DNA of 62,983 nt, counting the filler, from Globobulimina sp. (lineage: Eukaryota): the NCBI GenBank assembly GCA_003354225.1. It is 55 parts of 55 records of this genome, joined end to end, with 100 filler letters (N's around TTAATTAATTAA, not from the genome) between each part and the next. Parts side by side here need not be neighbours in the genome. Positions count along the whole stretch, not along the records: positions 50,478 to 51,523 come from PIVH01024918.1; positions 51,624 to 52,669 come from PIVH01024919.1; positions 52,770 to 53,815 come from PIVH01024920.1; positions 53,916 to 54,961 come from PIVH01024921.1; positions 55,062 to 56,107 come from PIVH01024922.1; positions 56,208 to 57,253 come from PIVH01024923.1; positions 57,354 to 58,399 come from PIVH01024924.1; positions 58,500 to 59,545 come from PIVH01024925.1; 47 more parts are not named here. The stretch is one strand, 5' to 3'. A program made the position numbers and the translations under genes. The notes under the pieces are model-generated. The model worked only from the letters and a program-made list of their open reading frames with translations. It was not told the DNA's origin and made no database searches. Positions 50,478-62,983 of this stretch are shown piece after piece; the stretch's first letter is position 1, and the number at the start of each line of letters is the position of its first letter.

Positions 50478-51435
50478 CGCCGCCTTTCTTATACTTCAAA
50501 TGGTGGCGGACTGTTTCTGTAGCTAAATATATAAATTTGCTCCATATTTTAATGCCTAAATGTGGCGCTTGTATCATATGAACAATGCTGGCTTTAAAGC
50601 CTTCGATGTAGCAGATGTTATCAATGTGTTTGAGTGCGATGGCGGTGGTATCTGCGGTATGGGCAGGTTTGGGGAAATATGCTTGCTCTCTCTTGATGTA
50701 TTGCTGTTGGATGAAGAAGTGATGAATGAAGAGGTGTTGATAGATTTGCTCTCGTCTCTGGTCCATATGTTGGCAGAATTGCTGTATATGATATTCGGCT
50801 TTTTGTTGGAGTAAATAGCATATGTTATCCACATAAATATTAATCTCCGACGCTTTTTTTGGTTGATTGTCTGTATTATTATTGTTGGGATTTATTTTTC
50901 TGTGAACGGTTAATAATATTTGAGATTCTTTGTCGCTGTAATTTGATAAAAAAAAGCGACGAAGAGTGCTGATATTTTGTTTATTTTTATACAGTTTTTG
51001 TATATTAATTAATTTATTGGTGTTTTTCGTTTTTTTGGGATTAATAATATCCCATTCTGTGACAACTAAATTGTTATCAAAGTGTAATGGATATGTGTTT
51101 GTAGTTATTTTTAGTGATTTATTGTCGCTTTTTTGATTGAAAAATTGTTTGTTTTTTTCATAATTTCGGTCGTTTCTGGTAATTATATGATTCATCAATT
51201 TTGAACCGTGCATATTATCAGATTTTGGTTTTTCATCTTGGCGGTTTTGAATTGCTTCCATTAACTTATCATTTGCATCCACCAGTGGTGCTCGCTTACT
51301 TTTATCTCGATTATAATTATTATGATAAATACCTCTACCTCTTCCACGAAATGGTGCTGAACCTCTTCCACGAAATCCTCTATTTCCTCCATCGCCTCTG
51401 CTGCGTCCTGGATAATTATAATTATAACCCTGCAT
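50478..51435 (-). CDS. PIWI/Argonaute-family protein, N-terminal half (RG tail, N domain, L1)
   Basis: RGRGRG repeats; LKITTNTYPL; IEGFKASIV.....L.I...SKFI...ETVRHHL. Confidence 0.72.
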
Positions 51436-51623
51436 CAATACAAACTGACAAGGAACTGGAGTCAAGGGCCGACAAATGCGTTTTTAACAAATCAAAGTTT
51501 TTTTTTTGGGTAAAATTTTACATNNNNNNNNNNNNNNNNNNNNNNNNNNNNNNNNNNNNNNNNNNNNTTAATTAATTAANNNNNNNNNNNNNNNNNNNNN
51601 NNNNNNNNNNNNNNNNNNNNNNN

Positions 51624-52292
51624 AAAATAATTGATTTATCAAATATAAAACTGCAAAAATTGCGGTTAACCAATTTGAAGAAGATCACTTCAATGGAAAT
51701 GATCAAATTACCCCAATTTGTTGGAAATGTAACTGAATTACGTTTGGAATACACCACAATTACAAAAATACATAATTTTACATTCCCAAAACTGAATGAA
51801 TTATATTTTTGTCTGTCGAGAATAACCTCAATCAACAATGTAATATTCCAAACAAATCAGTTGACATTGGATTTGGGAGCAATTTCGGAAATGAATAATG
51901 TGACAATAATGGTCGATGGTGATGCACAAATTACGTATTCATTTTCCATTAATTATATTAGGTCCAAGCCATTGGATTTCAGTCGGTTTAGTTTTCAAAT
52001 TATTAAAAATGATTCATTCTCAACGGTGACGTTGAAATTAGTTTATTTCCAAAGATCATTGAAAGACTTTATTGTACCAAATGGAGTGACAAGTTTGCGG
52101 ATCGGCTGTCTGAGGAACACAGTGATGACATTGTCTATGCCTTGTCATTATCCACAAAGTTTGAAACACATTTATGTTGATAGTGATAGGGTGGCATTAT
52201 CAAAAAAAGATTTGCTAACAATCAAAAGTTGCAATATTACACTATACGGAATCCAAAATAATGCCAATAGAAAAATGTGTGTTGTACAATGA
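51624..52292 (+). CDS. Leucine-rich-repeat-like protein (partial)
   Basis: LTNLKKI, VTELRLEYTTITKI, FPKLNELYF..SRITSI. Confidence 0.6.
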   Translation, partial: KIIDLSNIKLQKLRLTNLKKITSMEMIKLPQFVGNVTELRLEYTTITKIHNFTFPKLNELYFCLSRITSINNVIFQTNQLTLDLGAISEMNNVTIMVDGDAQITYSFSINYIRSKPLDFSRFSFQIIKNDSFSTVTLKLVYFQRSLKDFIVPNGVTSLRIGCLRNTVMTLSMPCHYPQSLKHIYVDSDRVALSKKDLLTIKSCNITLYGIQNNANRKMCVVQ

Positions 52293-53015
52293 CATAAACT
52301 CATTGTATTATGCTATTTGTGCAGAGGTGTTAGATATGATCAGAAAGAATGATATTTATGATATTCTTTATAATCATAATAATGCTGCGTTACATATGCG
52401 AATGGTATCAACTTGTATCAATTTAATTTCATTGATTACAACTATTTAATTTCATTGTACGTACATCATATTGGCTACTACAATAAATACTACTTTCAGC
52501 AATTGCAAATGTGAAAGGTTTAAAAGGAGCGTGCTAAATTTAAACAAGACGACTGAAATGAGTGTGCTAAGTTTTTTCAATCGCAATTTTGCAACGTCTC
52601 TGTCTATCATCGCAACTTCGCACTTTATTTGGCTGTGTTGACCGGGTTTTGGACAGTATATAACCAATTNNNNNNNNNNNNNNNNNNNNNNNNNNNNNNN
52701 NNNNNNNNNNNNNTTAATTAATTAANNNNNNNNNNNNNNNNNNNNNNNNNNNNNNNNNNNNNNNNNNNNTGTTTGTGTCCTGTTTTTTTTGATTGCTTAT
52801 TGTGGTGGGAATTTTACTTTATTTATTACAATATTGCATATTTACTTAAAACGAGCTGCTTTCGATGTATATAATGCAATATAAGAACGAAAATACAAAA
52901 ATTGCTGCTTCATCTTCAGTCAAAAATTTATTACACACCGTCATTTGGCTGTGTTTCAGCTGCCATTATTACAAATTATTTGTAACTCAACAAACAATCA
53001 AAAACAAAATAAATG

Positions 53016-53815
53016 TCATTTGGATATTAATTCTGTAAATGTACCAGTTTCAATAATTTTACCTTCATTTAATACAACAATGTGATGAGCATTTTTTATT
53101 GTCGATATTCTATATCTATGTGCAATAATCAATACAGTTCTATTTTTGAATAACTTTTGTAGTGCATTGTCAATTAATTGTTGAGTATTTGAATCTGCCT
53201 CTAATCCACCAATTGATTCAACAAATATTAATATTTCCGGATTAATCAAAAACGCTCTCGCTATGGCCACTCTTTGTTTTTGTGCATCACTTAAACGAAC
53301 ACCTCCTCCACCAATCAATGTATCATATCCCTTTTTAAATTTTAATATGAATTCATCCGCATTTGCGAGAATAGCTGCATTTATAATATCCGTTTTTGTT
53401 ACATTCAAATCATTAGCACCATACGCTATATTATCAGCAATAGAGCCATCAAATAATATTGGTTGTTGCCTAACAATTGCTATATGATTTTGATGCAATT
53501 CTTTTAAATTAAATTGATTCAAATCCATATCATCAATCAATATGCTTCCATAATCAACGGAGTATAAACCCATTAATAATGAACAAAATGCCGATTTGCA
53601 GGTTTCGTTTAATCCAACCAATGCGGTAATTGTTTCTGGATTTAATGTCAGATTAAATTCATCAAACACCCGCTCATTTTTGCGTGTTGGATTTGAAAAT
53701 CTGATATCTTTAAACTCTATTTTCCCGGAAATATGTGGTGTTGGATGCAGTGATGAAGGATACAATTTATTTTTATTATTATTCATAAAATCTAATACTT
53801 TCAGTGATGATACGA
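53016..53815 (-). CDS. ABCB-type transporter C-terminal NBD with degenerate ATPase motifs
   Basis: GKIEFKDIRF, QQPILFDGSIADNIAYG, QKQRVAIARA, IIAHR. Confidence 0.9.
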
Positions 53816-55061
53816 NNNNNNNNNNNNNNNNNNNNNNNNNNNNNNNNNNNNNNNNNNNNTTAATTAATTAANNNNNNNNNNNNNNNNNNNNNNNNNNNNN
53901 NNNNNNNNNNNNNNNATTTACAAATGGCGGCTATCAGTCTGGCTGTTGGTTGACCAGCGACAATGCATTGCTATATGGTAGCGGACCCAATGGACGGGAA
54001 TAAAGTTGCTATTTATAAGCCAGATGTGAATAAATGGAATACGTTAAACAATGATCCATTCAATGCTTCGTCGTATGCATTGAAAGTTTAACTCATTTCT
54101 ATCCATTGATTGGCACATTGTGCCTATTTAAGCGCGAATATCTGTATATTATAGGCGATGATTATAAATATAAATCGTTGGAGATTTATGATGATAGAAT
54201 AGGTAAATGGATTGCAGTTGGCATCACTGACTCTTCCATACATGCAAAATATGATAAAATACTTGAATTGACAAAATATAAACAGTTTGATGCGTTTTTA
54301 TCTGTTTCATAGCAAAAGTCGTTTGATTTTTGTTTGTTTGATTTTTGTTGATCTGACTATCCTTGCACTTATTCATAAATTTCTTATCCTTGCCAGATAT
54401 TATTGTTTTTCTTATTCATAAATTTCAAAAAAAAAACAAAACAAATTATATAATTATAAAATCAATTTAATACTTTTATGATATTGTCGTAAATGATATT
54501 ATTTGTATTTCAGTTTCTGACTTAGATATTGATAATTGTGGTGATGGTCATGACCTATAAATCCACCACAAAATCAAGGAGATAGACTTATTGTTGGTCG
54601 CCATGCTCATTAACTATTAATTTACAGATAGATTACAAAAGTTTTTTTTTCTTTAATTATCAAAGCGTTCATTGAAGAAATGAACTAAAAGCAAAAACCC
54701 TATTGATATTCAAGTAAGGTTTTGCTACAGTTTTTATTTGTAAAAACAATGGCGTCTGGATTTGCAGAAGGAGGGGATATGGAATGTATGGGATGCTGTT
54801 ATGTTGCTAATGTTCAATATTTCAAGCATTAGCAATAAATTAGGACAAGATTTGGTATCAAAAACATTAAATATTATGGACACATGGCAACGTCCATAAA
54901 CCTCGTACATGAATCGTGATTTTTTATTGTATACTGAGTCTATTTTGGGAGAAAGAATTTCNNNNNNNNNNNNNNNNNNNNNNNNNNNNNNNNNNNNNNN
55001 NNNNNTTAATTAATTAANNNNNNNNNNNNNNNNNNNNNNNNNNNNNNNNNNNNNNNNNNNN

Positions 55062-56107
55062 AAACATACATTGCATGAAAAAGCTCGACAAGTTCAATTT
55101 ACAAATTATAACCGCTACAAAAAAGAAAATACCGATCCAAATACTTTCATTCAAATGGCACATAAACAGACAATGTTTAACCGGGTATTAGCAAACGAGC
55201 AAGAAATAGCGTCCAAAGAATCTATGGATGTGAAATTACGCAGACAACGCACACTAAATTATAAGCTATGGAAGGAAAAAATGGATAAAAAAAAGTGTGC
55301 CTTTGGTGCAACAGTCAGCTCACAAACATTGAATGATCCATATTTGAATGAGAAAATTGAGCAATTATCGGATATTAATCATGGAAACAGAGCGTTTTAT
55401 CAAAAGTTGCAAGATATGCAAGGTAGAAATATGCCGTTGGAAAGTGAGCGTGAACAGGATGTTGAATATATGGATATGAATAATTTGAAAAGCAATGTTG
55501 GACCGACACCCAATGCATATTATAATAATATTAATCCACGTTCACCATTTGGCGGAGATGAAAAGTTGCAATCAATGGGTCGATCGCACAAAAATGAGTC
55601 AAACGCAGCAGAAAAGTATGCAGGGTCAGACCCAGATAATTATGATGAAAATATAGCATATACATATACGGTGCGACAAGAGCGGAAAATAAAGATACAA
55701 AGAACTGTCAACATACAGGCTGGGATTGGTGAGAAACATTATGAAATCAAAGGGGAGCAATCATCGAATCCGGATGCGTATAAATATGAACATGATCGTA
55801 TGCGTCAACGTGTGTATGAGGATTGGAAGCAGAAAGAGAGGGACAATGAGTTTAAAAGGAATAAAGGTGAACCGTTGCAGATTGAGGGTAAAATCGATGA
55901 ACATGCAAATGGGTATACGTGGTGCGAAAATGTTGGGAGTGATTATAATAATCCATATAGAAATGGGATTGATCAAAATCAACAGAAGCGATTGTATGAA
56001 ATGAGAGGTGTTGGCCAGATCAAAGCTAGCAAATCTTATGATGCTTTTAATTTTAATATTGATGCAAATACTAATGCTTCGAATAGTTATTATAATGGAT
56101 TTGCTAA
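55062..56107 (+). CDS. Hypothetical hydrophilic protein (partial)
   Basis: Frame open across the whole contig. Confidence 0.65.
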
Positions 56108-56207
56108 NNNNNNNNNNNNNNNNNNNNNNNNNNNNNNNNNNNNNNNNNNNNTTAATTAATTAANNNNNNNNNNNNNNNNNNNNNNNNNNNNNNNNNNNNN
56201 NNNNNNN

Positions 56208-56345
56208 CCCTGATGGCGTCGCAAAAAGTTTGATCTACAGCGTTCTATGTTTTTGACAGTCACTCGACCTACAAATGTATAGTCGAATCCCTGTCAAAAA
56301 CATAGGCCTTGTAAATCAAACTTTTTGCTTAGCCATCTGGAGATT
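56208..56345. repeat. Long imperfect palindrome (REP/MITE-like bacterial intergenic repeat)
   Basis: gatggc..gcaaaaagtttgat.tac...ctatgtttttgacag / ctgtcaaaaacatag...gtaaatcaaactttttgc..gccatc. Confidence 0.75.
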
Positions 56346-56558
56346 CAAATTGTTTTTAAGCCTATCTAAATTCTAATTGGTAGGTAGTACCTGACCGAAA
56401 ACCGCATATTTGGGCGAAAAATTGCCCATATGCAAGGCGTAAGAAATCTTGAAACCGGAGTGTACTACTGTACATGAGGCCACTCTTAAAATTTAGCAAG
56501 ATTCCGCAGCAACGCAGTAGATGGGTGAGTTTGTGAGCAAAGCTCTTCTACGAACCGT

Positions 56559-57253
56559 TCAAATACTAGCAATAATCTGTTTAGCGGGAATTATCCCTGT
56601 TGCAGCCGCTGAAACAATATTTCCGGCCACACCGGGTCCATCGCCAGCCACATACATCCCTTTTATGGCTGTTTCAAGATGATTGTCAGTCTCAACTTGA
56701 GTAGCAAAAAACTTGATTTCCGGTGCATAAAGCAGGGTTTCATCATTGGATACACCAGGTACAACACAATTTAACGATTCCAATCCTTCGATTAGATTGG
56801 TTAGAATTCGTTCTGGAAGTGCCATGGCGATATCTCCACAGACCACATTTGTCATGGTGGGTTCGATATATCCTTTGTTAACTCGGTTCCAGGTGGATCT
56901 TCTACCGCGTTTCAAGTCCCCGAATCGCTGTAAAATCGGCTTGCCACCACCTATAATTGTGGCAAGTTTCCCAATGGATTCTCCATAGGCCTGGTTATCT
57001 GTAACCGGTTCGGTTAAGACAACCTTAGACAAGAATGCAAAGTTGGTGTTGGCTGATTTTCTGTCAGAATATGCATGCCCATTAACACAGACAAATTCTT
57101 TATAGTTTTCAAGGGAGATAAACCCGCCCTGATTCGTGCAGAACGTTCTGGTTTGATCATCATAAGTATGGGTTTGAATAAAAAAAGTGGGGTCATAAAT
57201 TACATTACATAGATCATCCATAATGTCATTATGAACTTCTACCCGAACGCCAA
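56559..57253 (-). CDS. Bacterial FAD-dependent dehydrogenase (COG2509-like), C-terminal part
   Basis: RTFCTNQGG, VNGH, NTNFA, TLLYAPEIKF, AGDGPGVAGNIVSAAATG; no introns. Confidence 0.88.
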
Positions 57254-58042
57254 NNNNNNNNNNNNNNNNNNNNNNNNNNNNNNNNNNNNNNNNNNNNTTA
57301 ATTAATTAANNNNNNNNNNNNNNNNNNNNNNNNNNNNNNNNNNNNNNNNNNNNTTTGGATTATTTCCCATAAAAATAAGTTCCATTGAGATGGATATCGA
57401 AAAAGTCCTTAAAATAAATAGAAATGTTTTAAATTTGCATACCTAAACATATATAATTATGATTTTCAGCTAATGTGAAATTTCAGGAGAACTATACAAT
57501 GCTATCCAAATAGCAAAAATGTCAACGAATGTGATTTTTCAGTAGAAGTATCAACATAAAATAAGATTAACTACTTTGCAAATAATATATATGTACATGA
57601 TGTACATTTGTGAGTGGTGTCAAACATTTATTATCCGTAATAGTCTGCAAACGAAGATGGCACAAACTATTATTTCAAGTGAGTGTAGATCTTCCCCTTA
57701 ATAAATATAATTTATTTGTCAAACCGTTATGACAGGCTGTGAGTATTCGAGATTACTGCACCATTAATACCTGCATCAAACTAAGAGAGACCTACGAAGT
57801 TTACGATTACATGCATGAAATACGCAAACTAGTCATCACATTTCATCACAACTCATCACCAATTTTATCCACAGCAAAAAGTAGTTAATGACACCTACAC
57901 TTACTGCATAATATTCATTTGATGTTCTTATGTAAAAGTGAGTCAACATGGTGACTCACTTTTACACCTACACCAGAATAATGCTAACTGATGTTCAATC
58001 AACCAATTTGAAACAATATTAATTTAAAATTTACAAAATAAA

Positions 58043-58399
58043 TTATCTTCTTCTGCCTAAGACACTGCCTTTGTCTTTTTTGCCACATTTCTCACCAATA
58101 TGATCATTGACCATGTAACACCATCGACAGATATGATGTTCTCTGCAGAATTGATGTTGATCACTAAACCAACATTTCCCTCTTTCATATTGTTTGCAGA
58201 TAAACCGTACATCTTCAGATCTTCCAAACATATTACCATTGCGATCTGTATCGTACGATTCCATTTTTCGTTTTTGATAACGTTTATATTTCATTACTTG
58301 CGATTGTGTATCAGACTGTGTTTGTGGTTGATGAATATAATCATAATTATCTGACCATTTTTGTTTTTTGATTGGTGGTTCTGATTTGATATTATCTCT
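58043..58399 (-). CDS. Gag-like C-terminal Cys/His zinc finger, as in DIRS/Ngaro ORF1
   Basis: ICKQYERGKC...C..HHIC..C....H....C. Confidence 0.55.
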   Translation of the reverse strand, partial: RDNIKSEPPIKKQKWSDNYDYIHQPQTQSDTQSQVMKYKRYQKRKMESYDTDRNGNMFGRSEDVRFICKQYERGKCWFSDQHQFCREHHICRWCYMVNDHIGEKCGKKDKGSVLGRRR

Positions 58400-59194
58400 N
58401 NNNNNNNNNNNNNNNNNNNNNNNNNNNNNNNNNNNNNNNNNNNTTAATTAATTAANNNNNNNNNNNNNNNNNNNNNNNNNNNNNNNNNNNNNNNNNNNNC
58501 AGATGCGACAAAAAAATACCACGATATTTTTGTTTGCCAAATCTGCCATTTTTTTGATTAGACACGAGCTTTATGTGTGTATCTAACTAATTTTTTCAGT
58601 TTCATCCAATTCCACTCATACATGTCCATAATATGCATCGATTTCTGTCGACTTATACAGATTCCGTTTCTCAAGAACTTTCCTTGCGTTTCCATAGAAT
58701 CCGCGATAAAAAGGCCAACAGAAACCAATGCATTTTTTGGTTAAAAGCTTGGGGGGCTTTTTTTTAATATCGATATTCCCGTTCCTTTTCATCTAAATCC
58801 AATGTGGCTCCATTTATACAATAATACAATTTCAAAATAAAAAGTTATCGCTCCATCAATATAAAAATCCATTATTAGATCCACAGTATCCATTACATGC
58901 GATTGGTAATGATTTTGACCACTTTAGAGCCATTTCAATGGTTCCATGCTCGATTGAGTGGGATCTTCAAGTTTTCTTTTGATGTTTAGAAGAAAAAAGA
59001 TTAATCAAGCTGCTGTTCACCAGCATGGGTCCGTCGATATAACATTGCGATATTTAGCGATTTTGCGAGAATAAATGAAAGCGATTAAATGAAACAAGAT
59101 TGGATTGCCTTGAAAGGAATGATTAAGGATTGTTTTTTTTATATGTACCAGATTCTATTTTTTGAGTTAATGACACACAGGAAATGCACATTAA

Positions 59195-59545
59195 TATAGG
59201 CCATATGATAAATGAGTGGAGAGCAATTTTAGGAATTTGTGAATGGATGGATAAGATAAAGAATCTGATTCTATGCAGTAATGTGTACTCTTAAGCTAAG
59301 CTTAGTATTGTGACACTATAATAACTTTGTGCAAGGATCTAATCATTGTATATTTGTATTGTAAGCAATGGCTGACAACTAAATGGTATAAATGTCAAAT
59401 ATTATACGTTTGTGCAAGGATGTTGATGTTTAGGTGCAAGAAATCCACATAAATAATTGCTGATCATATCCTTTTGAAAAATACATACTATCCAACACAA
59501 ATTACCATCGTAAATTATTTACTCACTTTTATCATATGGCCTATA
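59195..59545. mobile_element. MITE-like element
   Basis: TIR tataggccatatgataaa..tgagt / actca.ttttatcatatggcctata. Confidence 0.6.
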
Positions 59546-59645
59546 NNNNNNNNNNNNNNNNNNNNNNNNNNNNNNNNNNNNNNNNNNNNTTAATTAATTA
59601 ANNNNNNNNNNNNNNNNNNNNNNNNNNNNNNNNNNNNNNNNNNNN

Positions 59646-60096
59646 GTGTTATTTGCTTCAATAATCGTTCCATTCGAAGTAACCATTCTTAAATGAATCA
59701 CAGTGCCCATCCCATGACTTCCTGTCATGATATTCCCCACGAAATTAGACGGCAATGTCATGCTTCAAATGTCATGAAATTTTCATTTATATTCAATTCA
59801 ATGATATTCTTCATATTTACAGACATATTAATCATAAATAATTGTTGCTCGGTTTGTGTATTTTCTTCCATCATATTCGCCCCTGATTTTGAATGCGATT
59901 TGCCTGTGGCACGAATGCTTGAATTTGTGTGTTGTGCCATATTTATTAAATCAATTATTTCTTGTTCTGACGATGGATACAAACATTCTGTTAAATTTGT
60001 TGAATATCTTATAAATCATTGAACCATTTTCGAGTTGACAACAATCCATCAAATGACATAACAATATCGATGCAAACCATAGCCAAACTATCATGT
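59646..60096 (-). pseudogene. FAD-linked oxidase (gulonolactone/arabinonolactone oxidase-like) pseudogene
   Basis: YPSSEQEI...IRATGKSHS, GNIMTGSHG, LRMVTSNG, with frameshifts and deletions. Confidence 0.72.
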
Positions 60097-60188
60097 TTCA
60101 GGGCTGTAAAGTTTAACTATTTAGTATTTATTTCAGACCAAAAAAGACTGAAGTTATGTGAATTAAAGAATATATTTTGTGGTAAGTA

Positions 60189-60366
60189 AGGGGTTGTTCT
60201 TATATTGCGCAATAACAATTGAGACCTAGGACCTAGGTACCATGATATTGCAATTAAGGGTCCCAAGACATGCGCCCACTACGCTCCTTTAAACTAGTCT
60301 ATTGCAATTAAGGATGGCCTAGGTCCTAGGTCCAATAAGTTATTGCGCAATATAAGAACAACCCCT
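60189..60366. mobile_element. 178-bp MITE with long TIRs and TA target duplication
   Basis: aggggttgttcttatattgcgcaataac / gttattgcgcaatataagaacaacccct, flanked by TA on both sides. Confidence 0.85.
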
Positions 60367-60791
60367 TATCCTGGCAGGAGGATGTAGTGATGGATCGGCT
60401 ATTTGGCATTGCATATTGAGTCTGTAACGAAGATCTAAACAAAGTCCTGCATAATTTTATGAAACACATTGCAAGCTGATGCAAAATTATTGCGATTTGT
60501 AACCAAATATTGCAATATCATATTTATTGTAATATTGTTTCGGTTATAATATTGCATAAATGTTAACAATTCTTTACGAAATGCATTATCTTTGCTGTAA
60601 TCATCGTCACAACATATTTGTAAACAATTTAAATTGCATGAAATATGATGTGCGGCTAGCATTTCTATCAATATTTGGATATATTTATTGCNNNNNNNNN
60701 NNNNNNNNNNNNNNNNNNNNNNNNNNNNNNNNNNNTTAATTAATTAANNNNNNNNNNNNNNNNNNNNNNNNNNNNNNNNNNNNNNNNNNNN

Positions 60792-61837
60792 CGCATGTTC
60801 CAGAAAAAAAAGCAATATTATATAATAGTGTGATTTATCAACGAATATGTGAATATCCATCAATTATACAATCGCGAGCCTATTCATTCTTCAATATATT
60901 TGATTTTCGAAAAAGGAACTTACAGTTTGATTTATTAGGTGGTATTCTGTATTATTTAATGGTCTCTTCATTATTTCCGATATGTAATTTGCAGATAAAT
61001 AGTCATATTCAGGTATGCTTTGTATCTGTATTCTGTACATATATTATTTATTTGCGCGACTACTTTAAGGAGCTAACGTGGAGAAACATTTTGTATAAAT
61101 TCTATGAGATATTCATCAATAATACGTTTGAAATATTTGAAATGAGCTATATCTCAGTCACAGTATTTATTTTAGGTTTCTTTGGTTTATATTTTTGGAC
61201 AGAATCGATGTTAAATTATAAATTACGAATAGTTATTTGCAGCATCCATTTGATTGCACATTATATTTCCTCAATGACTGTAATTATTGTGATGGAAATG
61301 ATCATTGAAGCTGCGTTAGAAAATGAATTAATTGGTAAAAAATCACCATATGAGATATTTGAAAGTAATTTCGAGAAAACACATGCTTTGTTACAACATT
61401 TAGATGGAACAATTTTGCCCATTGCGATTTTGACGCCAATTTTAAAAATATTATTTACTGTGACTGACATCACCGGATTTCATGTCTCTTTACGAAAAAT
61501 AATATGTGAGAATAGTATATCTAATTTACCATCGCGTGCCACTCGCTTTGCATATCATATTACTGCATGTTTATTCTATTTTATTTTTGCTGCTCCAGTC
61601 GTCTCATTTATTGTTGGTTTATACTTGTTTTTAATGTCAGCAAAGTGCGGCAAATTCAATGAGGCATTTTCAAGTTTAAGATTGGATACACATAAAAATT
61701 TTGTTAGATTTCATTTAAAAAATGATGGATCATTGCATTGTTTTGTTGTTGGAGTGGATAAAGTGCCACATCGATGGAGACAAGATCCAAAATGGGATGG
61801 TAGAGGGACATTATTATCCATTGCCAATCAGAATCGA
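60792..61837 (+). CDS. Membrane calcineurin-like metallophosphoesterase-family protein, C-terminal region (partial)
   Basis: FRKRNLQFDLLGGILYY, FNEAFSSLRL..HKNFVRFH...G.L....GVDKVP..W. Confidence 0.72.
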
Positions 61838-61937
61838 NNNNNNNNNNNNNNNNNNNNNNNNNNNNNNNNNNNNNNNNNNNNTTAATTAATTAANNNNNNN
61901 NNNNNNNNNNNNNNNNNNNNNNNNNNNNNNNNNNNNN

Positions 61938-62720
61938 ATATTTGCGCATTTTGTTTGGAGGAATGACGAATCACAAAGGTTGGATAAATTGGTTGGATAT
62001 TTGTGTTGTGTGGATTGTTAGGTAAATATTCATAACATTCAAAGTCCGTAATCATTGTTTTAATGTTTTTTTTTAATGTTTTTAGGTGTTATATTTGTAG
62101 CACAGCCATCGTTTATATTTGGTAGAAATGCAACAAATGTCAGTGATGATCATGACATTGGAATAATAATTGGTATTTGTTCCGCAATTTGCGCAGCAAC
62201 GCAATATATCATTGTGAATTATACAAAAACAAATGTGCATTGGCTACAAGTTGAACAACTAACTGCTGCATTATCTACTTTTGTATTATGCCCATTAGGA
62301 CTCATTTCGTTTGCAGCCTATGATTATTTTCATAATGGTGCAGATGGTGCGACGTTTATGATTGGATGGAGTAGTTTGAGTGCAATGAGATGGTTTGAAG
62401 AAATTGGATTAGGTTTGTTAGGATTTTGTGCATTGGCATTGTTGACCAGAGGCTCGCAATTAGATAAACCATCGCGTACTGCCATTTGTTTATATTTAAA
62501 AATACCGTTTGTGTATATTGGGCAATGTATATTGTTCACTCATTCCGTCCCTCATATTTATGTATTTATTGGTATATTTTTAGTTATTTGTAGTGTGATA
62601 ATACCCGCAATACGGAAAGCCAGAAAATCAAATCAAACAGAAAAGCCTTTATATAATACGCAATATGAGGATGAGGAAGCACTTCCATTGAAAACAGATT
62701 ATCCGACAAAATATAGTTGA
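61938..62720 (+). CDS. EamA/DMT (SLC35G-like) transporter, 3' part with an intron
   Basis: GVIFVAQPSFIFG, LLTRGSQL, multiple TM helices; gtaaat...tttag intron. Confidence 0.8.
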
Positions 62721-62983
62721 AAAAATGGATTGTGTTTTTGTCTTATTCTATATACTTATACTTCTTTTGTTTTATCATTGTGTCAATGATTTGTGTACTT
62801 TTTATTTAAAATTTTCCCATACTCTTTATCAATCGATACTGTTTATCGCAAAGCTTTCATAAGTGTGCATGAAAGACAGCAACGATATAGTTATCTGTGA
62901 AAACCTTTCAAGTGAAGTATAATGTCAATAAGATTAAGACCAAACGACTTGAATCTCTCATCACTATTCAAAATATATTATGT

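Noticed and set aside
53916-54312. Kelch-like gene
   Set aside because: Fragmentary and frameshifted; too weak to call

Overview
This window is not one locus. It is about 55 unrelated ~1.05-kb contigs joined by an artificial N44-TTAATTAATTAA-N44 linker, so adjacency across linkers means nothing and ORFs ending in X...LIN are truncated. Most contigs are AT-rich eukaryotic DNA with 50-65 nt GT-AG introns and PTxxPT-repeat secreted proteins; a foraminiferan/rhizarian-like protist is my inference. Recognisable genes include TOP2, HDAC11, a PIWI/Argonaute N-terminus, an NPC1/Patched-type protein, an aspartate aminotransferase, a group I truncated globin, bacterial-type PARG, NADAR, a chlorophyllase-like hydrolase and ABCB, APC and EamA transporters. 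There are also Gypsy and DIRS/Ngaro retroelement fragments, MITEs and pseudogenes. A few pieces are prokaryotic (COG2509 flavoprotein, selA and pepA fragments, an integron-like cassette array), and a fold-back chimera suggests whole-genome amplification. The two most interesting signals are: (1) a 59-nt tRNA-like (mascRNA-shaped) cloverleaf on two independent contigs, each preceded by a different tandem array and followed by a T-tract, hairpins and a shared motif; (2) a three-cassette attC array of small phage-like ORFs with matching core sites. All family calls come from motif recognition by eye; no searches were run.
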